A DNA stretch of 64,000 bases from Lama glama (taxonomy: Eukaryota), in contig CM052821.1 in the NCBI GenBank assembly GCA_028534125.1, positions 31,930,001-31,994,000 on the forward strand. The letters run 5' to 3'. A program made the position numbers and the translations under genes. Each line of letters begins with the position of its first letter. Within the stretch, counting starts at the first letter, position 1. The notes beneath the pieces are model-generated. The model saw nothing but the letters and a program-made list of their open reading frames with translations, searched no databases and was not told the DNA's origin. This document shows, in pieces, positions 40,306-51,960 of this stretch.

Positions 40306-41743
40306 GTATGATTTTCAATAATTGTCCTGAACTCTGCTACAGACTAATAAAACTTTGATCAAGTTGAGAGAAAAGGGAATTATTTGGTGAGAAAGAAAAA
40401 AGGAAAAAAAATGTGTGCTAAACTTTCAGTAATCTTTATGCAGCATTTTAAACAAGTACTGCTTTTGAAAACAGAAACTAAATATTTGCTAAAATGGTTG
40501 AATGCATTGTTTTAGTTCTTTCTCTCTGTTCTTGCAAAGATATTTCTTAAAGAAACTATAACCTAAGACCATGATTATCTTTATCGATGTATTTTGTATT
40601 TGTACTAATTAAATGTTTAGTTCTTTAAGAAATGTTTATAGAAAAGTATTCTAGACTAGCATACTGTTCGTAGTTGGATTATATATTTAAGGATTTATTC
40701 TCTTCATGAATTCTTGTATATTTTAAGAACTTTTAAAACCTCAGAGAAGTGAACTCTGGTAATTAGCTGTAGAAGTCTGATGTGTATTTCTACGACCTAA
40801 AAAATAACAGAAATTATCATCAGAGAGGTGAAAATAAACACTGAGAACACTTCTACTGATTATTAAGAACCTAGCTAAAATAGTCTCACATAATTCCTTA
40901 AATATAAAGAAGAGACCCTGCCAGAATTTTTGCGGCAAATGAAATTTTATTATAAGATACATTCACTATAAAATGAAAGTGTGGGTTATTTTTCTTTCTA
41001 ATTTCGAAACAGGGTAACATGATGACCACTGGTTAAGTGGGCTTCCAGTGATGTAAATACCTGTGGCTTTTTCTTTGAATTGCTATTTTGACCAGAAAAA
41101 GAACCAGATACCTCCTATAGTAGCCCTTATTTATGGATAAATGCTTTTATTTTTTATTTAAAAAATTTTTCTGTTATTATTGGGGTTTTTCATTCACCTA
41201 ATGCTGGGGGATTTTAATTTTCCCCTGCATTCACTTATCTCCTGAGGGTTAAATTTTGACTTTGAAAGTCACATCAAAGGCATAAATGACATCACGCAAA
41301 TATTGTTCTGAATGATATAGTTAATTCAATGAGGTGAAGTAGTTTAAGAAACTAGAAATTATTATTTTTGATAGAACACATAAGCTATGGCAATGAGCTT
41401 TAGTGAAGCAGTGACATTTTTAGCAATCAGCCTTTAGAAAAGAGGGATACATTTTGGGAATACTTAAAACAGTTTAAATAAAATTTTAAAAGTATATCAC
41501 CTCAATAATAGTCTCCTTGGTGTCTAAAAGGGCCACTGCTATTTTCTGTTTATTTTTTTGATTTATTAAGAAAGGAAGGAAGTGATTAAAGAAATCATCA
41601 CTATCACCAGCCCACATTAATTATTTTAGGATGCTGAGTCTTCCAAGTATTATGGCAGTAATTTTAAAAAGCTTATTTCATGGAGGAATTGTATAAAGTT
41701 CCTGGACATATTGTTCTTCCCCAGGACGTTCAGGGTTAAAATG

Positions 41744-41789
41744 CACACACACACACACACACACAGACACACACACACATACACACACA
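41744..41789. repeat. Interrupted (CA)n microsatellite in DCN intron 1
   Basis: Seen directly. Confidence 0.95.
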
Positions 41790-43084
41790 AATGAAAATGA
41801 AAAGTAACAGAAGCTAAAAGCTGTCTACTTGAGTTCAGCTTCAGCCAAATAGAATATTGTGTAGAGAATGTGCACCATTTTAATAAGAGTAAACAAATAT
41901 AAAATGATAATATTCCTCTGAGCTAATGCTCAACATTTCCTTTTTCTGAGTTAATAAACCAGGCATTTTCTACTCTAGAGAAAAGATCAGAAAGCAACAT
42001 CCGCATTAATTCTCGTTGCTATTTATTAAATCTGCAATTACTTTGTTTCATTTTCTCCTAAAATTGTAAGACATTAAATATGCAAGGCTAGCAAACTTGT
42101 GGTAAACCATAAACATTGCATTTTAATGTGAAACAGACCGAAAACCACTCCCTTAGATCCAATCCAAGGGAATGCTGCCAAAACAATAGGGTCTCCTTTA
42201 AAAGGCAATGCAGTAACTGAGTGGGAATGGGTTTCTAGAGAAAACCTGATACTGAATTTAAAAGGGCAGTGCAAATAATAACCTTTGTGGTATTATTTAA
42301 AAGAAAAGCTTCAAGTCTGTTTGCATATGTGCTGCCTTAGACATGCTTCAGTAGTAAATATAAACTAAGAACAAAAGCGTAAGAAATTTAAAAACATTTG
42401 TTTCCCCTCTAGTTGATCTAGGCAAACATTTCCAGAAAGCACATTAAGGTTAGGGCATACAAAGACATTTTCCTCTTTGCATATGCTACCATTGGACAAC
42501 GACTGAAAATAATTTTCTAACTATAGGTATGAACGTACAACTTTAATATGGACTCATTAGTGCACAATTCAAAGTAGAGATGATGAGACTAAGGATAGTA
42601 TCTTCAGTGTGTTTGGGGAATACTTAGAGCAGTTTCAGTGGAGTTTGAAAAAACTCAACTCAAAACTAGACTGTTCTCTACTACGTGATCGACTACTTTT
42701 TGTTATTCAGATTTATTAAGATTTTGTTATTCAGATTCATTTAATTCACTTCAGCCAACTAAACAACTGATTCAGTAACACAGAAGTATATATCTCAAAA
42801 TGCTTGGTGAATGAATGGATAAATATTGTATGGATTTTGTGTACTTGTTTACAAAATAGTCCTGTTGGTAAAACCAGATAATGTATAAGTCATATAAAAA
42901 TCAGATGAGTTTTTCTGTATGTGTTTAAATTGATTTATTAAAAATGATCCGTTTGAGAAACTAGCCGATAGATCTATGTTTAACACTGAATCTTGCCTAT
43001 AACAAGTTGAGATTTTCAACTTGATGTCTTTCTTATGCTAGAAATTTGATATTGAAAAAAGATAATTGTGTGTTTTAAAAAATC

Positions 43085-43190
43085 AGATTGGTTGCCTGGA
43101 ACAAGTTGAGTAACTTGTATTATTAATAAATTGACGGTCAATTGAGTCATTTACGTGCACAATATTGTGCAAGGCCCGGGTGCAGAACAA
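43085..43190 (+). promoter_or_regulatory. Putative proximal promoter of leader exon 1b
   Basis: Inverted CCAAT (ATTGG 43087-43091), TATA-like TATTAATAAA (43121-43130), AP-1 TGAGTCA (43143-43149) and TACGTG (43152-43157) lie directly upstream of exon 1b. Confidence 0.5.
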
Positions 43191-43815
43191 AGAATAATAA
43201 GACACGCCCTGAAGGAGTACATCTTCTAGTTGGGGGGACAGACCAAGCACGCAAAACAAATTACAATATAATGTGATAAGTTCTTTAAAAGAGGTAAGCG
43301 CGACGTGCTTTGGGAGCACAGAAGAGGGAGAAAACAGCATCCTGCCTGAATGAGCCAGGGAATACACAAGGGAAGCCCATTATCTCATTTAGTCTTTACC
43401 TCGCTCATCCAAGGTAGGTGTTTTAAATGGTGATTAGCTTTGAATGTCAGGGTTGAGGTGGGGACTGGGAATAGAGAGAAAATGGAGAGAAGTATGGCTT
43501 GAAATATCAGTTAGTACCAAACTATGAATGGTCTTATATGCAACAAAGGGGATGTGTATCTTACTGGCATGCCTTGACAAGTAAACAAAGGGTTTGCAGT
43601 AGAAAATGAACACAATGAAATTTAATTTTTAGAAGATGACTTGGGCAGCAGAGTGGAAGATCCTGGAGTGGAGGAAATAGTCAAGGCTGAGACCATTTGG
43701 AGGCTCTCATGGTAGTTCAAGAGTGATGAGAATGGTCTGGACCAAGATAAATACATTAGGTTGGAGAGATAAGATTGGCTTCCAGAGATATTTCTGAAGC
43801 AGGAATTGGAGACCT
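43120..43815 (-). mobile_element. Antisense L2 fragment overlapping leader exon 1b
   Basis: ATTGAGTCATTTACGTGCACAATATTGTGCAAGGCCCGGG...CCCTGAAGGAGTACATCTTCTAGTTGGGGGGACAGAC...ATTACAATATAATGTGATAAGT, and later TTTTAGAAGATGACTTGGGCAGCAGAGTGGAAGAT, follow the antisense L2 3' pattern. Confidence 0.65.
43191..43413 (+). other. DCN: DCN alternative non-coding leader exon 1b
   Basis: GAATAATAAGACACGCCCTGAAGGAGTACATC...CAGACCAAGCACGCAAAACAAATT...TATCTCATTTAGTCTTTAC matches the recalled human alternative DCN leader. Donor AAG|GTAGGT at 43413/43414. Confidence 0.75.
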
Positions 43816-44201
43816 TTCATGTGTACAGACAAAACTATTTTGACTGTGGCATGGCTGGTGTTGAGTGAGCATTGAAAATTGCATGGTGATTTATCATCAT
43901 AACAATTTTACACATGACTTGGATATATAATCCATAGTCTTAATTCAGACCCCAAATTCAAGTAAATTTAAATAATATTCAAATTTATCTTCCTAAGTAA
44001 ATAGCTGTGCAAGTTAGTCTCTAATGTAACTTATAACCTTCCAAACACATTTCTAATGCTCTGTGTCCAACAATAAAGATAATAGTTTTTTTGTGCTCTG
44101 CTCCATGCTCACTCCACTATCAGGTGTTACATAAAAATAACACATAAATCAGGCAATGCTACTCTTCTAAACCTTTTGTTTGTTTCCTAGGTTCCTTGAT
44201 T

Positions 44202-44349
44202 NNNNNNNNNNNNNNNNNNNNNNNNNNNNNNNNNNNNNNNNNNNNNNNNNNNNNNNNNNNNNNNNNNNNNNNNNNNNNNNNNNNNNNNNNNNNNNNNNNN
44301 NNNNNNNNNNNNNNNNNNNNNNNNNNNNNNNNNNNNNNNNNNNNNNNNN
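44202..44349. other. Assembly gap (148 N) inside DCN exon 2
   Basis: N run seen directly. Confidence 0.99.
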
Positions 44350-44437
44350 CCTGATGTTTCTGAGTTAGAACCTCTGGGACCAGTGTGTCCCTTCCGCTGT
44401 CAGTGCCATCTTCGAGTGGTCCAGTGTTCTGATTTGG
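44224..44437 (+). CDS. DCN: Decorin exon 2 coding part (exon 44191-44437; ATG inferred inside N gap)
   Basis: Acceptor TTTGTTTGTTTCCTAG|GTTCC at 44190/44191. After the gap, 44350-44437 reads [30 protein letters not shown] (class I SLRP CX3CXCX6C). Donor G|GTGAGT. The start position is inferred from a 33-nt UTR plus 42 codons and is not seen. Confidence 0.9.
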
Positions 44438-45699
44438 GTGAGTGGGGCGCAGGCTCTCTTTACCTACCTGATCTGTTTTATTCATGGAAATGGATTCCCT
44501 GGGAGCTTAGCATTTTCAGTTTTAATTTCTGCAATTCCAAATGTGAGAGACAGTGCCACCTAATGAGGACGTAGGGAAGCAGAGCAGGCTAGAACATCGT
44601 AGCCTTGCAGTTAGGAAACTTTTTTCCCTTCTTTTTTTAAGTCAGCACTCCATCACTTTGCAATCTTGGACTAGTCACTTTAAAAAAAAAAATTCTTTCT
44701 GAGCTTCATGGCTCCCCTTCTGTAAAATAAGATTCTGAGCAAAATAGTATCTTATGTTCTCTGATTCCAGAGTGATGGTTTATTTTAATTCGATGATTTG
44801 CTCTCATGAAGTCTTAGGTATTAAGAAAGCCTGGGTGATCTCTCTCCTCTTGGCTTAGCCAGATAACAGAGTCTGACTATTACTAAACTGTAAACTATGC
44901 AGAATTAACAGAAGCAAAACAAATAAACTTTTAGAACAAAAATTACCTCTCAAGTACTAAAATACTCCCTTAATCCCTGGGTCTTAGTTTTGCCTCTACC
45001 TTTGGCATTTTGTAATCTAGCTGTTTATATTATCTAGAAAGTTTCATAGGAGATCTTTACAAGTAAGATACAGTGTAAGATAATCATATTCATCACAGCA
45101 CATTAATCATATTAATCATCAATATAATCAGGGAGCATATATCTTTAGTTTAACACTGTAAGTACAGTTTGATTTATCATCTTTCAAGAAAAACTTGGCC
45201 TGGGAATTCCAAGAGCAATATACTCAGAAGATAAATCTCCAGAAAGTTTGGAGTCCCAGCAGATGGACCAAAGGGGAATTAATCAATTTAGTTTACATGG
45301 CAGGTAATTCACATTCCTCTCTTTCACATTCCTCTCTTCTTTCAGTTCATTTTCTTACTGGAGAGGAGAAAAAAAAAAAACCGTCACAGAATGATTCTGC
45401 CATGGTGCATTTCCTTATGGAAGAAGCCCCACAGCTTAGTAGGACACTTCTTTCAGAAACCCTGTATTTACTCAGAACCTGCTTTCTAGGAGTATTTTGC
45501 AGGAAATTTTGCCACTAACTCCTAGAGTTGGAATAAACTACAAACAGGAACCCAGGAAAACACAAAACATATCAAATACTAACAACTGACAAACACTTTG
45601 AGATAGATTCTTCTATGCTGACATGTACGAGACAGCCATTTGAACCCAAATAAAAAGCGTGTAGAAAAGCTTTTAAAAGGCGACAGGACAGTTCCACTA

Positions 45700-45840
45700 G
45701 ATTCATTCATTCATTCATTCATTCAGCAAATATATCGAGGTCTCACAATGGGTCAGGTCTGTTCTGGGCCCTGAAGAGAAAGGGAGGAGGGAGAGATATG
45801 GTCCTTGTTCTTGTGGGTTTGATAGTCTACTGGTGGTGAT
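45700..45840 (-). mobile_element. L2 3' tip with (ATTC)n tail
   Basis: ATTCATTCATTCATTCATTCATTCAGCAAATAT...GGTCCTTGTTCTTGTGGGTTTGATAGTCTACTGG. Confidence 0.7.
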
Positions 45841-48800
45841 TATTCCTTTTTTGAATCGTGTGCTCCCAACAAGGGGGATTAGATTACTATCAGCTTCTAC
45901 AGAAACTTTTATAGCATCTAGAGATGACCTCTGTTACTGGTGTAGACAGAAGAATAATGGTGTTAAAAATATCTGAACAAGGGACTCACCAAATGATAGA
46001 TACACTAGTGGTAACGTTTTTTAAAGGTTGCAAAAATGGCCAAGTTCTTAAGATATGTGATGCAAGTTAAATCTCACTTTGCCTGAGAACAAGTGTAAAA
46101 GGATTCATAATTACCCCCTCCACACAGATGTTATCAACAATGAGGAGTTGATATTTTTAAGGAAGAAAGACTTGTCGAAGCACTTCACTGAAGTTTTATT
46201 TTCCAAAAACTATAGTTTTACTTTGCTTTCATGAGAAGTAGTTCATAAAAACTGACTCTGATGAAAGCGTTGGGACAGTTTTCAAATTGTTCATCATGAA
46301 AAAGTTCCAAGACTATTGCTAAAACTAAACAGGAAAATGTAGCCTTAGGAAACATCAAGTTCATTGACGTGGATGTCTCATGATACAGTTTTTTTTTTGT
46401 CCTTGTCATTGTTTTGTTTATTTTGTGTTGTTTTCTATGTTATCATTTTTTCTAAGAGCCCAGAGTGTACATTATTCCTTTGGGCTTACTGATCTTATAT
46501 GCAAGAAGTAGTAGCTAAGATTGTAATCATGATTTGTTTTGGGGAACCATATTTAAAGAAGAGAACTGAGTTCCAATGAGCAATGATCTCATCCAAGTTA
46601 CTTGTAGTTTTTTATTAATTCACAGGTGCAGATTTAAATATGTTGTCAAAAATTATGGTCAGATATTTCTAAAACAGAAAATACAGTTCTTAAAAGGAAA
46701 AGCAACCCCCTTGCCTTTAAAGAAAACATTTGATTCACGTTTGCAACTACTGTGTAGCCTCTGCTCATATTATGATCATGGCAAGCTGTTCAGAGCCTTG
46801 ACAGCTTCATCTGCAGAGTCATTAGTCAGTCTCAGACATCCTACTATCTGTGTGAAGGACCTGGCTCATAGCAGAGGCTCAATACATTTTTTTCTATATG
46901 ATGCATATGTGGAGTAAAAGATGAAAGAAACACAGGAGAAAAAGCAAGGAAAGAGAAATGGGCAACCTCACTCATGGCATTGCAGTTTATTTTCTTTTTT
47001 GTTTTAACTTCTCTAGTGATCTGACCACAAAGCTCGAATTATTATAATAAAGAAAAAATGCCCTTTGGGATGAGAAACGTGAATGCTTGTCTGTATCAAA
47101 GACTAATGTTTTCTTAAGGCTTATTCTTGCCAGAGAATAATGAGCAGAGAAGAGCTACAGTGTTGAAGGACAATAGTGCTTTGTTATATTATTATCTAAA
47201 TAGTGTTTATTAGCATAAGCAAACATTTCTTATTAAAATGTTTGAGTATTTTTGCCACTAGGAAGTAATTCTGATAAAGTTAAACAACATCAAATTTTTA
47301 AACAGTTCTTTCAAAGCTAGGATGTAAAGACTGTGAAATTAAAATTGAATAATTAGTCCATGGGAAAACTTGAGGTATTCAAGAAGATACAATCGACTGT
47401 TTTAATCATCCCCTAGTTCCAACTTATCAGAAGACCATTATAATATGTTTTTCTAGAGCATGGGGGATTGAGAAAGTAAACATATTTTAGCCTAAGAAAG
47501 TAATGAATTCTCCATTGATACTGACCAAATTATTCGGCTGAACTTGTAATTTGAATCAGAATTTTATGAGAGTCTTATCTTCTTTTATTTCTCTATCCAT
47601 CCTCTTAAGACGTAAAACAATTCACCCTTAATTATGGCATTTATAAAAAATACTATAAAAATAAATGTAGATTAGTAAATTCAGAAACCTGTAGATTTCC
47701 TTGAAATAATAAACCCACAATGTAACTCATTCCTGTCAAGTCTTTTAAAAGTGTTCTGATATTAAGCTTGTGATTGGATGCTTTGTTTTGTGTACTTAGC
47801 ATCTTAAAGGAGGACAGTCCCCTTACTTATGTACTCTTTCACTCAGCCATTCATCTTTGGAGCAAGTATCACCAGGAAGCATTATTTGGCACTGACTTTC
47901 ATCTCATTGGTTAAAGGCAGATTAGCCCTGACAGGTGAAATAAGCATAAGAATTGTTTTTTTGACTGTTTTCCAAATTACAGAATAGTTATTGATACATT
48001 TCTTATGAACAAGTTTCAAAAGAATTAAAACACCCTAAAAGCATTGAATAGTGGAAAAAACTTGGATCATGCAGTTCAACACCTCTGAACTCAAGTCCTG
48101 CTTTATCATCTACTACCTGTAACTTTGAAACTTTCAAAACTTGTTTCTGCATTGGATCCATAGGAATATATCTTACTTCATTAGGTAAGAATAGAAAATA
48201 TTTGTGAAAGTGTTTATCATAGTAACTGTTATGTTCAGTTTACCATTTCAGACAAAGGCAGCTAATAACATGAGGCTATTTCTTATAATGTTCTTTATTT
48301 TCATATATTTTATATATTTATATTTAATAAGTATGTGACTTGTCAAGCTGGATACAAAATAGCACCTTCTCTCCCCTCCTCCCTTAAGGTCATATCACAT
48401 CCAAATATAAATACACAAGAATTAGAAAATGGTGTAATTATCAAAATACTGTTCCCCAAACACTATTCCTTTGAACAAAATTGGTTTGGTTGAGTGGAGA
48501 ACAATAAAGCATTCGGCTATTTTATAATCATAAGTGATTCACAACCTACATAGTCAGCCCTCTAGAGGTGATGCTGGAAGACAGAACATTTTATTTTGCC
48601 AAGGAAAAGCATTATAACTAATGGTTCCTAAAATACATCTTCTAATGCAAGAGAAATTTTAATTTTAAAAAATCACAGGTAAAAGCACAACCTTTTAAAT
48701 TGCATAGAGTTAGTGTTCTTCTTTTTAATCAGTTGGCTTCAATTCGTGAAAATTTTGCCAGTAGCCACTACTTGGACAGATGCCATAGCTTGTCTCTTAT

Positions 48801-50668
48801 TTGGGGAAATTGGTTTTCCAGAAGCAAGTCTTACGCATGAGGTAAATGGACTATTAGACTTCTTTCATGAAATCATCCCAGAAGAATAAATTGCAGCTGT
48901 TTTGTAGAGGGACAGAGAGAATGCTGGAACCTTAGTTGCTTTCATAGTTTACGTCTGGCTTTGCAGCAACAGGAATGTGGGGTGACTCTCATTTGGAGTT
49001 TCAGCTGCACCAAAAGGGCATCTCTAAGATGCGGTACAGGAAGGAGGCTATGCACAGAGCATGCCCAGTTCGTTGCCTAAAATGGTACTGGGTAGGGATG
49101 GAGCATGACAGATCTTAGAGGCAGCAAGGGGAATACTCAGGTGTGATCCAGATAACAAAAGCCCCTGACTCAAGTGGTTGAAGATGAGAAGGAGGAAGAC
49201 AGGGGTCAGAGAAGGCCAAAGGAAGCATCTGTCTCCTTGACCTAACTGACACCTGACATGTCCCTGGTTTCCTTCCCAGTCCCAGGAGGGAGAGAAACGC
49301 AGCTGTGTGGGATCAAGGCATTTGGTTAGAATGCAGCTGTGGTGCATTCTCTTCTGGAAGATCATTTCTGGCTCCAGAGAACAGGATGGGAGTAGGTTAG
49401 ACAGAATATTAATTTCCTGGATAAAAGAGGAAATGCAGGATACCCTCTAATCTTAACTTTCCTCCTTCAAAGGAGTAGCAAGAAAATTATATATTTCCTT
49501 GCAAATAAGGATAAAGAAGAACTAGCCCAGTTTGCAATCGAGTCTCAGTAAAAGGAAAAAGCCCTGTAGCAGCTATACTACAATGCTCAAGATTTAGTTA
49601 ACCCTTGACTTAGTCCGAAGGTTGCTTTGAGGCAATTTCTGCAGCTTGTCTACCTCTGTGTTTTCACTATAATCTGTATTTGCTTTGATGAGTCTATAAG
49701 AAGCAATTATATGTACATATATAATAATTATTTATTTTCTTTAGTTATCTATTTAAATAGCTACTCTATCAGAAGAAAAGCATGATCATTTATCTTTCGG
49801 CCCTTTACTCAAAAAATGTTTTATACTTGGTAGGTTCAATCAATGTTTGACAAATGAATAGATGAACATAGGCGTGGCTTAGTGCTTGGATGACTGCAAA
49901 ATTCTACAATATTCTTGATTCTGTCAAGCTGGAAAAAGGAGGGAACATGGCTGACTGGGAATTAGGAGTTATGGAGCTGTCCTTTCTTATTGTTTTTGAG
50001 GATGACTGTAGACCTAGGAAGCTTAAACCTTCCTTAGGTTATTTGGAAAGAGAACTGAATTAAAGGGAGGACCTACTACTACTTCTGAATCCAACTGCCA
50101 TCACAGTCAGATTGCCATTTTTAAGGGGGAAAGAAGGAAGCATGCATGCATGTTTAGCAGAAACGCTTTTTGACGGAGCTGGGACCCCTATGTATTGCTT
50201 TGGTCATGTGCCCATAACTGAAGTGTATCACCATTGTCCCAGTTATTAAATTGAATACAGAAATATAAAATTGTTGGAAATTAGCAAGAATAAATCTTGG
50301 CGTTTGGACCTCTGCCACAGGGCAGAAAAAACAGCAAAGAAAATCATGATGTCTTAGGCCTTTATCCAACATGATGTTTACCAGATTACTGACATTTGCT
50401 AGCAGAATAGTACTATTTATCACTGAGACAAGTTGAAAAAAATAAGTACAATTCTCATTAGCCTGTATTTCAGAAATTATTTTCTGGTACTATCTTTAAT
50501 AAATACTTTAATATATAACCCTATTTTAAAGAAGATAAAGTTTCCTTTACTGCATCTGGAAGAGCAACTAAATAATTCACACTAGCCTTGAAAATAACTG
50601 CATTTTAATGGGGAAATTTAGAAGTAAAGAATTCTCATTGAAAAATAATAAAATTTAGGAAACCACTT

Positions 50669-51167
50669 TGTTCCTTTTACTATTGCTGAATAAGTATTAT
50701 CTCAAAACTTGGAGAGTTAAAAAAATAGAATTCTGCTCATGATTTAAGGTACAGAGAATGTGAGCAGGGCTCAGAAGGGCTGTTCTCACCTAGGCTCTCT
50801 CATGCATTTGCCTTTGGGTGTGTCGGGGAGCCACGGGGAGGCTGGCCTAGAACGGACCCCCCAGCCAGGCGCTCTCACGACTGCGAGCTGGTGCTGCTGT
50901 CCCCTGAGAGCGCAGCTGTTCTGGCGTCAGGAGTGCCCCAGGTGGCCTCTCCAGCACAGTGCTCTCAACACAGACAGACATCTTACATGGCCCCTGGCTG
51001 CCCCCAGAGCAAGCGTCCCAGAAGAGCTGGGTAGCAGCTGAACAACCTTTCCCGACCTAGCTTCCAAAGTCGCGCTGTGTCACCTCCTCCACACTCCTTT
51101 AGTTCACAGAGACATGGGAAGGCCATGCCAGGTTCCAAGGGAGGGGAATTTGACTCCACCTTTTGAA
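50669..51167 (-). mobile_element. ERVL-MaLR LTR (MLT1F/G-like), truncated
   Basis: CTATTGCTGAATAAG...CTCAAAACTT, GCAGGGCTCAG, CTTACATGGCCCCTGGCT...CCAGAGCAAGCGTCCCAG and CAAGGGAGGGGAATTTGACTCCACCTTTTGA. Confidence 0.7.
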
Positions 51168-51324
51168 CTTAAAGAAAAGACAAAAGGGAAAATGCAGTAT
51201 AATACATTGTAAGCAGTGAAAGACAGAGGGAAACTAAGGCACAGAGAATTTAAGCAACTTTCCCAGTGATCTTAAGGATCAAGAAGAGGAGCCAGGATTC
51301 AAATGCAAATAATAATCTTACAAA

Positions 51325-51960
51325 AAGAAGTTAGAGAAACATTTTTAAATACAGAAAGTTTACAAAATAAGATGAGGCTCTCATGCACCTATTACTGAGC
51401 TTCAGCAAGTATCAACTAAGGCCAGTATGTTCCTATATATCCCCACCCACTTTCCCCCCTCCTTATTATTTTGAAGCAAATTCCAGATACCATATCATTT
51501 TACCCAATAATTTATCAGTGTGTTTCTCCGAAAGATTAAAACTTCTAAATAATACCGTGATAACCAGATTACATTTAAAATTAAAAACAATTTAATATTA
51601 TCAAATATTCATTCAATATACATATTTTCAATCAACTTATAAATATTATTAATGTTTTATTTTACAGTTTTTCTGTGTGAATAAGAGTCCAAATGAAGTC
51701 CATACATTGCATTATTTAAATAGGTCTTAAGTCTCCTTAAAACTGTAGTTTTACCAACATTTCTTAATTTTCCCTTGCAATATATGTATTGAAGAAATTG
51801 GGATTTTGTTGAATCCATTTCTTTAGTAGATCTTAGCATGTTCCTCATTGACCTATTTCTTATAAATTACGAGTTACATCTAGAGGCTTAATCAGATTCA
51901 GGATTATTTGTTTATTTATTTGATTGTTTTTGACAGTACTAATCCATAGTGAGGATCTGT
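51325..51960 (-). mobile_element. Antisense L1 3' fragment (L1MC4/5-like)
   Basis: TTATTTTGAAGCAAATTCCAGATACCATATCATTT and GTCCAAATGAAGTCCATACATTGCA...GTCTTAAGTCTCCTTAA. Confidence 0.7.

Noticed and set aside
50760-51041. 93-aa ORF or CpG-island promoter
   Set aside because: It lies within an MLT1 LTR and is too short for a canonical CpG island; kept only as a compositional finding.
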